From assembly GCA_963665115.1 (NCBI GenBank), contig OY762007.1:6688001-6752000 (forward strand): a DNA stretch of 64,000 nt, in the 5' to 3' direction. Shown here piece after piece: positions 52,415-62,107 of this stretch (its first letter is position 1; each line of letters starts with the position of its first letter). This DNA is from an uncultured Rivularia sp. Its GTDB lineage: Bacteria > Cyanobacteriota > Cyanobacteriia > Cyanobacteriales > Nostocaceae. Made by a program: the position numbers and the translations under genes. The notes below the pieces were generated by a model. That model saw only the letters and a program-made list of their open reading frames with translations. It did not search any database and was not told where the DNA came from.

Positions 52415-53872
52415 TCATGCCCAAAATGGTACATACTTTGCGTGCTTTTTAGAAGTATTTTCTGGATCGTAAGGTTTTACTAAGTCCGCATCTATTGTGT
52501 CTGAAATAATACGAGATGCCATTGAGTAATTCTTATCTTTTATAGAAAAACGCTCTCTTAGCGATGAATTGGTCATGTAATCATGTGACACATAGCGCAA
52601 GCAAGCGTGTTGGTAACAAGCTCTAACTCTATCTGCTTTATCCATATCTGACAATTTTTTGTAAGCAAAAAGTGTTGCTTTCGTATGGTTGCTTGTGACT
52701 ACAAACTCAGGGGCTGGTAACTGGAAAAGTTCTACTGCGTTGATAACTTTATCAATACCAGTTCCTCGTTCTTCACAAATATTTATACGACGCATAAAAG
52801 CAGCTAAGTCCTCATTACGAGAACGAGGTGGTTCATCAATAAACCGCATTGTATCTATAAGTGGCACTCCTGGATTGGTAATCTCAATCCGATCCGAAAA
52901 AATTTCAATTATCGATCCGGTGCCAGTCATATTAAAATCTTGGTGAATAATTGCGTTTGCAACTAATTCTCGAATGGCAATTTCTGGATACATTCTTTGT
53001 TCTTCACGAAAAGCTTTACCAATCCGTTCATTTTTAGGTAATTGATTATTAATAAATTCCACTACTTCTTCATAATCAATAGCATAGCCTTTAAAACCTG
53101 TTCGTTCTCGCTGAGTTTCAATCCTATTTTTTCCTTTATAAATTACAACCCGGATTGCTTTTCGTGACAATCGCTCAAACATTTGTAAGTCTTTAGCGAA
53201 AAGAATAGCACCTAAATTTGTTATATCAAAAAAAACATCGGTTTTTTTGACAATAAGCTTTTCTGAAATTAATCGGTTTAATATGCCATCTCTATTTTCT
53301 GGTAATGGCTGTTTTGTTAAATCAAAATAGGCTGGGTAATTTATATTTTTGATTACCTCATCTACCATTAATTTTTCTAAAGCAATGCTTTTTTCAAATG
53401 GTTCTAGAGAAAATAAAACCCATAGTTGTCTTTCTTTTTCTTCAAAATCTCGAAGCTTTTTTTTGTAAGTTCCTATACGAATATATTCAATCCCTTTAAA
53501 ACGTACAGGAACGTGAGTCGCTTTAGGTATTTCAAAAATGACTATATCCTTACCTTCATAAGGGAATTCATGTATTTTAAAATTGATTCGAGGAGATAAT
53601 TGTGTCGCTAACCAGTTTTCTAATTCTTGATTTCCAATTTTTTCTAATCGAGGCTTAAAATTAGTACCAACAATATCATGGTTATCGTTATTGATACCCC
53701 AAACTAAATAAGCAGTATTTTTACCATGCAGAGTAGCTGAATTTGATAACGCCGATAAGTATTCACCTATGTCTTCTGGGCTACTATTATTTACTTTAAA
53801 TTCAACCCATTCTGTTTCATGGGGTAGAGATGTTAATCCTGCCAACAATGATTCTAAATAATCTGCGTCCAT
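52415..53872 (-). CDS. AlbA_2 (Schlafen-like) + HATPase_c_4 + winged-helix protein
   Basis: ETEWVEFK, ALSN, AIRELVANAIIHQD, RNEDLA, EERGTGIDK. Confidence 0.85.
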   Translation of the reverse strand: MDADYLESLLAGLTSLPHETEWVEFKVNNSSPEDIGEYLSALSNSATLHGKNTAYLVWGINNDNHDIVGTNFKPRLEKIGNQELENWLATQLSPRINFKIHEFPYEGKDIVIFEIPKATHVPVRFKGIEYIRIGTYKKKLRDFEEKERQLWVLFSLEPFEKSIALEKLMVDEVIKNINYPAYFDLTKQPLPENRDGILNRLISEKLIVKKTDVFFDITNLGAILFAKDLQMFERLSRKAIRVVIYKGKNRIETQRERTGFKGYAIDYEEVVEFINNQLPKNERIGKAFREEQRMYPEIAIRELVANAIIHQDFNMTGTGSIIEIFSDRIEITNPGVPLIDTMRFIDEPPRSRNEDLAAFMRRINICEERGTGIDKVINAVELFQLPAPEFVVTSNHTKATLFAYKKLSDMDKADRVRACYQHACLRYVSHDYMTNSSLRERFSIKDKNYSMASRIISDTIDADLVKPYDPENTSKKHAKYVPFWA

Positions 53873-54182
53873 TTTGTTAATTCAGACTTACCATAAATAA
53901 TTAACTACTAAAAAATTTTGCTCCAATTTGATTGGAATAATTAATTCAGCTAAAATCACATACTCTGCTTTGCTCAAATAGGTTTTTAAGCAGAAATAAA
54001 TTATTTTTAATTACCCAAATAAATCTCTAAAGAGAAAACGTTTCTCAAAATTTTGGGAATTGCGATTTTACGGGGGAAATTGCAAAATCAGTTATTAATT
54101 ATATCTTATGGCTACTACATACCTTACCTAAAAGGCTATTTAAAAAGTATTTTGAAATTAGTCAAAATCTTCCCCTACCTAT

Positions 54183-57153
54183 TTAGTAATACTGCTTTAT
54201 GTATTCGTAAGCTTTCTCAAACAACTCTTTATCCTTGTGGAGCGTATATTTCAACAGCGTTTTTCGTAATGCTTGCTTAACTTCCCTCTCCCCAGCGCTG
54301 GTTTGCTGCCAACCGGGAAACCTGACCAGACGCACGATTTCATCGATATCATTGACTATTCGTTCAACCATTTTCGGGGTTTGGTCGTTGCGAACTTCTG
54401 TAAATAATTCGGTTAGTGCTGCTTTACCCCTGTCTTCGTCTTTTTCAACGGGATTATCTTTCTCTGCTAGAAGTAAATCCTTTGCTAAGTCAAGTAATTC
54501 TTTAAGAAAGGTAACGCTATAGATTTGTCCTTGTTCGTGACGTTCTTTCATCGCTTCTAAGCGTTCTGATAATTCTCGGAAGCGGGGATTCCCGATATGT
54601 TTACGAAGACGATTAGCGATTTTTATCTCGATTTCTTGCGACTTTTTGCGGGGATTGGGAGAATCAAGAACTATTTCTAATACTTCGGCATTAAGGACTA
54701 TTTCGTCTAGGTCATCGCGAACTGCTTCTACACTAATATTTTCGTGGATGAGTTCGATGGTTTTTGCCCCTAATGAATGCCAAATAAGTCTACCCATACC
54801 TGTTGTCGGTTGTACGGACACGTAAACTTGGGACAGCCATCTGTAATCAACTTCGTATTGTTGCAAAATCGGGTCAGGTGAAATTGCTTCCCACAGGTTA
54901 GAAAGGTAGCTGTAATCTTCTGCGAAAGTATCGCGGGTATTGTTATTAGGCAAACACTCCTGTGCTGCTATAAGCCCTTCATAACCTGTAAGGCTACGGT
55001 CTACTCCCAAAAAGTAACCAAGGCATTTTTGTATTGCTCCTGGTAGCTTGTTTTTTAAGATGGAAATTCCGGATACTACTTGTTGAAACCCTTCCTCGTC
55101 AAACTCTAGCGCTTGGGCGACATCATCAAATACACCCAAATAATCTACTACTAAACCGTGGCTTTTTTGATTGCCGTAGGTGCGGTTGGTGCGGCAAACG
55201 GCTTGCAGTAAGGTATGTGCTTTAAGGGGTTTATCTAAATACATCGCTTGTAAAATAGGTGCATCAAACCCTGTCAGCAGTTTGGCTGTGACTACCAAGA
55301 TTTTCATTGGGGTCGGTGGAATCGCGGAATCGATCCAGGAGTTTTTCTTCTTGGTCGCGGGTGCGTTGATAGGGTTTGAAGCGTTCGTCCTTACCTGTGG
55401 CAGAGATTATAATTTCGATGGCTTCGCTGGGCAGGTGTTTTTCTAGTTCGGCTTTATAGAACAAGCAACATTCTTGATCGTAGGTGACGACCATTGCTTT
55501 AAAGCCGTTGGGAGCGACTTTTTCTTTGTAATGTTGGGCAATGTCGGCACAGATGTTTGTTATTCGATCGGGGACTTTTACCAGCACCGCCATTCTTGAT
55601 GCTGTTTTGGCAAGGTTGTCCCGGTCTAAATCGGATAATCCTCCAGTTAACTCAGCGTAAGCTTGGTCAATTGCATCATGGTCAATATGTATTTCCACCA
55701 AACGTGGCTCAAAATGTAGAGGTAAGGTTGCTCCGTCGCGGATGGATTCTTCAAAGCCGTAGCGACTCATGTAACCGCGTTCGTCTTCTTCTGCACCAAA
55801 AGCATAAAAGGTGTTTCTGTCCCTTTGGTTAATTGGTGTACCTGTAAAGCCAAACAGAAAAGCATTCGGTAGTGCTGCTCGCATTTTAATTCCCAAGTTG
55901 CCTTCCTGAGAACGGTGTGCTTCATCTACCAGAACAATGATATTTTCACGAGGGTTGAGAACTCCGTCGGCTTCTCCAAATTTAAAAATAGTGGTGATAA
56001 TAATCTTGCGCGTGTCCTGCTTGAGCAACCTTTCTAGCTCTTCACGGGTTTCTGCTTTCACCAAGTTGGGTATATCTGAAGCATGAAAAGTGGCGCTAAT
56101 TTGGGCATCTAAATCAATGCGGTCTACAACAATCAGTACTGTGGGGTTACGCAGTTTGGATTGTAAACGCATTTTTTGAGCCGCAAATACCATTAATAGC
56201 GATTTACCTGACCCTTGGAAATGCCAAATTAAGCCTTTTCTGGGTCTACCCGCAATAACGCGGTCAATAATCAGATTAGCAGTTTCGTATTGTTGATAGC
56301 GGCAGATAACTTTGATGCGGCGCTTTTTCTTATCGGTAGCAAATAATGTGAAGTGATTGAGAATATCAAGAATAACGCTGGGATTAAGTAGAGAAGCAAT
56401 CGTATGTTTGAGGGCTGCAAGGCTAGTAGGAGGTGCGTCATCATCAAGTCGCCAAGGACACCAGAGGTCTAAGGGCATACGAATGGAACCGTAGCGTAAT
56501 TCTTTGCCTTCTGTGGCTACGCTGAAGACGTTACAGGCAAATAATTCGGGGACATATTTTTCATAATCATCATGCACCTGCAATGCTCCATCTACCCAAC
56601 TAACTGCTTTTCGCACCGGAGTTTTGGCTTCTATTAGGATAAGGGGAAAGCCGTTAACCAGCAGCACTAAATCGGCTCGGCGTTCTTCTGCACCAGCGCG
56701 GTAAGTGTATTGGGTGGTGAGAATATATTGATTATTTTCTAGATTGTCAAAGTCAATCAGGCGGACGGGTGTGTGTTCGTAGTTGGTGCCAAAAGGCATG
56801 GTGCGATCGCCACGCAACCAAGTGGTAAATTCTTCGTTAGCGCGGATGAGTCCATCACTGCGGACTGACAGTACTATTGCCCGTAAGCGGTAGAGAACTT
56901 CTTCTGCTCGGTTAGGGTTAGCGGCGATTTCAGGATTGAGCCGAATTAAGGCATCGCGGACAAAGCTTTCAACGAATACTTCTTGTGGTTGGCGGGGGAT
57001 ATTTTGTGAGGGGAGATAGTGCCAACCTACACCGTTGATTTTTTGATTGGTGCATGATAAGCCAGGTTGAAGTGATGCGGTTTGGGTCACTTTACCGCAG
57101 AGGATATCACGGACAAAGGCTTCGACGGTGTTGGATTCGTTGAAATTATTCAT
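54183..57153 (-). CDS. hsdR: Type I restriction endonuclease subunit R; frameshift at gggg 55309-55312
   Basis: ADLVLLVNGFPLILIEAK, QGSGKS, DEAHRSQ, FTGTP, LLTGFDAP, QAVCRTNR; one-base removal gives DPMKILVV. Confidence 0.92.
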
Positions 57154-57905
57154 GCTTTATCTATTAAGAACAAAACCTAGAACTTTTTTTTTGAATTCTT
57201 GCAATAAAAATAATCTTTTTTTGAATTTTTTTTCAGTAGACTTTAAATTACATAAATTAGCTACTACTTCCTTTTGTCGCTCTAGATTGGGAATAGGGAC
57301 ATTTTGCGCTAAAAGTTCTGAACCACTAATATTTTTTTGAACACCACCGCGTGCCAATGAAGATGTTAGTTGCTGTCCTATAGGAGACAAAAAAAATTCA
57401 TTCAAGTATTCCGGTAACATCTTTTTATTAAGACGTAATCTGATGAGGAAAGCCGCCGCAGGAATGGTAGGAACATTTTGAGAACGATAAACTGCTGTAA
57501 TTCCACAAGTACCGCTACGACTAATCACAATATCCCCTTCTTTTAGCAAATGCTCCTTGTATTGCTCAGTAACTAGTTTTACTCGTGGAATTGTAGAGTA
57601 GTTAATATTTCCATCGCCATCTAAATCGGTCGTGCGAAGTTGCCAAAGTTCTCCATTATCGTCATAGAGTGAGTTACTAAATCGAGGTCCATAACGGGAA
57701 TCCTCAATTACTTGCTTTAGCTTAATAGTTTTTAAGTTTTGATCGGCAGAGAATGAATAGTGAGCAAATGATTTCCGAGTAGTTTGCGTCACTAAAATAG
57801 TCTCTACATAAGATTCGATAGTTTTTTCAACTGCACAAATAAGGTCTTTAATTCGTATCCCCTCAAAATTTCGGGGTATCGGCTGTCTTGAATGTCAACT
57901 ACGAT

Positions 57906-58065
57906 AAAAAAAAGCAGCGGCGCAACTGGGGAACCGCTACGCTGATTTGACGGTACCAGGTAGGGGCAGATAGATTTTACATAGGCACAGAAAATAATCG
58001 TGCCCCCACCTGGCACTCCGCTGTCGCCGCCAAATCTTCCCCAGTTGCTGGATCTCTCGTGAGAG
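57906..58065 (-). ncRNA. Putative structured RNA in the 3' non-coding part of the IS66 element
   Basis: Nested stems 57922-57933/58037-58048, 57944-57952/58028-58036, 57953-57968/58001-58016; mismatches are G-U only on the minus strand; ends in U8. Confidence 0.55.
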
Positions 58066-58276
58066 CAACAAATAAATAAAAATAATCAAAATCAAGAAAT
58101 TGATTAATAGCGGAAGTTGCAAATAAGGTAAATTGTAAATATGCTATCAAAGTAACTAAAAAAGTTTCAATCGCTTATAAAAACTATGAAGAAATAGATG
58201 TGGTTAATCCATGCACTTTACAGTATTCTACAACCAAGGATATGAGGGTTTAGCACAGTCTTAATATACAGGGGTG

Positions 58277-59965
58277 TTATTGAGGCATCCATGACCAACC
58301 ATAGGAATTAGAAGAAGATTTCTTCCGAATAATTGTCCCCAAAGATGGAATATTTTCAACTTGAGAAATGCGGTCACGCATATACTCATAAAAACTGATA
58401 CCCAACTTACGAGTAGTGTCAACAAGGGACATAAAAACATCCCACGCTTTTGTGCCTTGTTTTGTCTGGGTTGCGTAACTGATGTTACGTCGTTGTACCA
58501 TAGTCCTAGCAGCTAATTCGGCAGGGTTGTTATGCAATAGTAATTCTGGATGCTCCAACACGAGAAGCAACTCGTTTACTTTCAAAGTAGTTAATCGTTT
58601 TCGCTCATCTAACTGTTGATAACCACTTTTTTCTGTAAAAAGTGTCCAAAATTCCATTTCTAGTTCGTGAGCTTTATCCCAACTTGGAGAATCTCGATAA
58701 GATAATAATTTTCTGTAATATTCCCAGAATCTTTCTAGAAAATTATCTAAAAGTTTTTGATGGCAAGGTATAAGCGGACTTAATTTCTTATAATGTCGTC
58801 CTTCATGCACCCAACAAAGAGCCAAATCCGATGTTATTAACTTGAACTGCGGAGCATCATCGCATACTAGAGTTGTAATTACTGGTACAGTTGATTGCTG
58901 ATGATAAAAAGCAATTGCTGCCGATTCATATATGCGAGAACGGTGTTGAGAACCAAGTCTACTTAAGTACTCACCAATCAAAAAATTAAACTCAGTTTCG
59001 GTAAAAGCCTTCTGTTGAGATAGTAATTTTAGTTTATTAACCCACTTAATTGGAACTTTAAAAGTCTCCAAAAGTTCATAGGTCATCTCGTTGAGAACAA
59101 AGGAGAGTTCGGTTGTGTTTTGAAATACTTTTAATACAGTCAAACGGTCTTTGTATCGCGTTGTTTGGTAAATTGTGTACAAGGGGTTACAAATCACATT
59201 TGTTGTATGGTTCACTCCTGCAACACGCGCACCTGTTTGGTCAAAGTGTTGCCAAGGACTGCTGGCTAACCCTTCCTTGTATACTTCTTCGTATTCAGCT
59301 TCAAAATATTCTTGGTTTTTAATTAATAAATTTGATATTGTTCCTGCACTAATCGAGATACCAATATCTTCTAAAAATTCTAATAACTTCCCTTGGGTCA
59401 TGTTTCCACCATAATATAGACTCATGACCAAAGCTTTTACTCCTGGACCAAATTCACCTTCGTAACCTGTTGGTAGTTCCGCTAAATAAGTTTTTCCTGT
59501 TTCTGGTGAGTAGTATTTTTGCTTGCGGAACAGTATGTTATCTGGCTTAAGTAAAATGTCTTGGACTACTACTTCCTCATAACCCTTGAACTGTGCGTCT
59601 GCTGGTAATTGTTCTTGTGGGTAAACTACAATCTCTTCTCGGTTTATCTTGATAGACTCGTTTTTACTTGCTTTACTGTGTTCTTTTGCTATTTTTCGTT
59701 CTTTTTCTGATGAATAGTTTTTCTTAAACCCTTTGTTTTTATTCGCTTTGATGTCTGGTTTACCTTGTTCACCTTTTAAGCGGTTGTTTTCATCACGTAG
59801 TTTTTGATTTTCTTCTTCTAATTCTTTGATTTTTACATTTAGCTGTTCTATTAAGTTGAGTAATACTTCTACCGTTTGACGCACGTCCTCGTCTGCAATC
59901 TGTTTTGGGTCGATTGATTGCAATAATGCTGTGACTAATTTTTTAGATGATCGTTTTTGCGTCAT
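58277..59965 (-). CDS. IS66-family transposase
   Basis: N-terminal coiled coil; HFDQTG, LVCDD, LCWVHEGR, HNNPAELAAR. Confidence 0.9.
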   Translation of the reverse strand: MTQKRSSKKLVTALLQSIDPKQIADEDVRQTVEVLLNLIEQLNVKIKELEEENQKLRDENNRLKGEQGKPDIKANKNKGFKKNYSSEKERKIAKEHSKASKNESIKINREEIVVYPQEQLPADAQFKGYEEVVVQDILLKPDNILFRKQKYYSPETGKTYLAELPTGYEGEFGPGVKALVMSLYYGGNMTQGKLLEFLEDIGISISAGTISNLLIKNQEYFEAEYEEVYKEGLASSPWQHFDQTGARVAGVNHTTNVICNPLYTIYQTTRYKDRLTVLKVFQNTTELSFVLNEMTYELLETFKVPIKWVNKLKLLSQQKAFTETEFNFLIGEYLSRLGSQHRSRIYESAAIAFYHQQSTVPVITTLVCDDAPQFKLITSDLALCWVHEGRHYKKLSPLIPCHQKLLDNFLERFWEYYRKLLSYRDSPSWDKAHELEMEFWTLFTEKSGYQQLDERKRLTTLKVNELLLVLEHPELLLHNNPAELAARTMVQRRNISYATQTKQGTKAWDVFMSLVDTTRKLGISFYEYMRDRISQVENIPSLGTIIRKKSSSNSYGWSWMPQ

Positions 59966-60522
59966 GCTTCATATTCTACGACGCAAGGTGTACCTTTACC
60001 CCATTTTTTTGAGCGGATACTTTAATTCTATACTGTTCTTCTAAAGAAGGTAAATAAAACTCAAAATTCGCCAGACTCGTCCAATTTGTTCTCGGAGAAA
60101 GTGACCCAGATGAAGTCCCTACAGCATATTCAAAAAACCGCTCCGTTTGACAAATAAATGGCACTAGTTCAGGAAGTAGCACTTTAGGATCAGCGCTTTC
60201 CAACACATAAATATCACCAGAGCAAACACCTTCAAAATCAGCAACAGCAACCTTTCGCTGATAGGCTCGACGCTTACCAAATAAAACTTGTCCCGGCTTA
60301 AATTTGCTAGTAAAAGTTATTCCTTCAGCCACAAGACCCCAACGCCGAATGCGTAAATCATTGGGGTCAATATGCTCAAGTCCCACATATCGCTCAATAC
60401 CTTCTGCTTCTGGGTTCGCAGCACGGTCTTTACATAGACGTACCACATCGCCAAATTTTACCAATTTACACCCTGTTTTCAATGCATCAGCTTGTATCAT
60501 TACCTACTAATTCTAATAACCT

Positions 60523-61620
60523 TTAAAAACGCAAATTTATCTTAAATTCATGCATCCAAAATATAGGAATCAACTTATCATGTTGTAATCGTCCTACAAC
60601 AATACCGGGATGAATACTAATACGCTGTGCAAAATCAGTCACACGTTTTTTAGATTTAAGTCTTCTTAATTCTACTTCATACTGAGGTGGTATCAAGAAA
60701 TCCCGCGCCCATTTATCGGCTTCGCGTTCTTGTTCCGATTCCAAACTTTCTCCACTATCCCATTCATCTAGAAAAATCTTTTCTTTATCATGAAGCAGAA
60801 TATGCGCTGCTTCATGGAAAAAATTAAACCAGAAGCGGTCGTTGGTTTTACCGTAAAGTGAAAGTTGAATCATTGCTTTATGGGGATTCAACCACCTGGC
60901 TACACCACTAACGTGCGCTCCTTTAATTGATGGTACTAAGACAAGCACAACCCCAGCTTCCCAACACAACTTTTGCATCTGTTGTTTAAATTCTTCTGGT
61001 GGCAATAGTGTCAACTTGCGAATTTCCCACACCGCTTTTTTAAATTGGGCTTCATTGTATTTGGGACAATCCTGTTGTTCTGCTTCTATTTCTCCCAAAC
61101 GCAACCAAGCAGAAATAGCACCAACGTCACTTTGTTCTTTGCGAGTGCGACGAAAGCGACCTTCCATGCCTGCATAGTAATTCTCCCACTCTTCCGGGGA
61201 AGCAACACCAAAAAGTTGCAGTAACTTTTTTACTAAAGCTGGTTTATTATTAGGGATTATACGGCACTTAGGAATCACACCTTGGTTCATCAATTCCTTG
61301 ACTGGTAATTTTTCCAACCACCACGTCCACTTTTTTAAACAGTTCTCTTCTTCTTCTTTTTTTGCTAAGGCTGCACGATATTGGGCTTCACGACTAAGCC
61401 AAAATGCTGCTGTACTTCCTAAAACCCGTTCTAGCTTTAAGGCAGTTTCTTGATTGATCGGCGCTTTACCATTGATGAGTTGGCTAACGTGTTTTGTAGT
61501 GTAGCCTAACCGCTCTGCTAACTGTGCTTGTGTCCAATCACGCTCTTCCAATAAATCAGCGATAGTATCACCGGGAGGAGATACCCAATCTGGAGTAAAG
61601 GAACGGGTTGTCTCAGTCAT
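60523..61620 (-). CDS. higA: HigA-type HTH antitoxin fused to an ImmA/IrrE (peptidase M78)-like domain
   Basis: SPPGDTIADLLEER..TQ..LAERLG...FWL; FFHEAAH (HExxH), EREAD; start ATG 61620 overlaps the toxin stop. Confidence 0.85.
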   Translation of the reverse strand: MTETTRSFTPDWVSPPGDTIADLLEERDWTQAQLAERLGYTTKHVSQLINGKAPINQETALKLERVLGSTAAFWLSREAQYRAALAKKEEEENCLKKWTWWLEKLPVKELMNQGVIPKCRIIPNNKPALVKKLLQLFGVASPEEWENYYAGMEGRFRRTRKEQSDVGAISAWLRLGEIEAEQQDCPKYNEAQFKKAVWEIRKLTLLPPEEFKQQMQKLCWEAGVVLVLVPSIKGAHVSGVARWLNPHKAMIQLSLYGKTNDRFWFNFFHEAAHILLHDKEKIFLDEWDSGESLESEQEREADKWARDFLIPPQYEVELRRLKSKKRVTDFAQRISIHPGIVVGRLQHDKLIPIFWMHEFKINLRF

Positions 61621-61942
61621 GATAATTACCAATGAAAATAATGCAAACAGCAGTAACTTTCGACCAATCAATACTTCCATCCTTGGTTAAAGGTATGGGG
61701 TCGTCATATGGCTTGAATACAAGTCTTATACCACCTTCTAGGCATATTGCGAATTCACCAGCCCTATCTCCTGTTAAAGGATGGGGACGACCTGCAATTA
61801 ATTCCCTGACACAATTAACACCAGCAAGGTCAGCTATCCGGGCTTTCAATTTCTTAGCACAGTTTGCACCCAATTTTCTTTGCGCTAGTTTTTCTTCTTC
61901 GCATAATTTTTGCAATTTGCAATCGCCGAAAGTGATTTTCAT
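61613..61942 (-). CDS. higB: HigB/RelE-like toxin
   Basis: HPLTGDRAGEFAICL.GG.RLVF; upstream of and overlapping higA. Confidence 0.8.
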   Translation of the reverse strand: MKITFGDCKLQKLCEEEKLAQRKLGANCAKKLKARIADLAGVNCVRELIAGRPHPLTGDRAGEFAICLEGGIRLVFKPYDDPIPLTKDGSIDWSKVTAVCIIFIGNYHD

Positions 61943-61963
61943 GCGCTAGCATATTAGTACAAT

Positions 61964-62098
61964 TTTACCATCTCAAATAACAAAGTGGTTATGTCCAGAA
62001 AACATATCATGTCAACTGATGCTTTACCGTTTTGGTAAATCAATTTTTTATACTGTATTCAAACTAGTTGTATTAAAAAACTTTACCATTTTGGTAAA
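61964..62098. promoter_or_regulatory. Palindromic operators TTTACC-N5-GGTAAA upstream of higBA
   Basis: Full sites at 62023-62039 and 62082-62098; half site at 61964. Confidence 0.65.
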
Positions 62099-62107
62099 TA
62101 AATTTTT

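Larger units (their letters stand above)
57855..60020 (-). mobile_element. IS66-family insertion sequence, single-ORF type, 2166 bp
   Basis: TIR GTATCC(C/G)CTCAAAA; 8-bp TSD TTTAATTC at 57847-57854 and 60021-60028. Confidence 0.92.
57157..60500 (-). pseudogene. hsdS: Type I specificity subunit interrupted by an IS66-family element (5' part 60021..60500, 3' part 57157..57846)
   Basis: Removing the IS and one TSD copy restores an in-frame 389-aa ORF ...LPSLEEQYRIKDLICAVEKTIESYVETILVTQTTRK... with two TRDs. Confidence 0.9.

Noticed and set aside
57855..57900. Outward-facing IS promoter (TTGACA on the minus strand near 57893-57898) driving the 3' half of hsdS
   Set aside because: No plausible -10 element at 16-18 bp spacing
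57804..58122. Short ORFs 57804..58016 and 57937..58122
   Set aside because: No recognisable protein features; one crosses the IS boundary; the region is better explained by RNA structure
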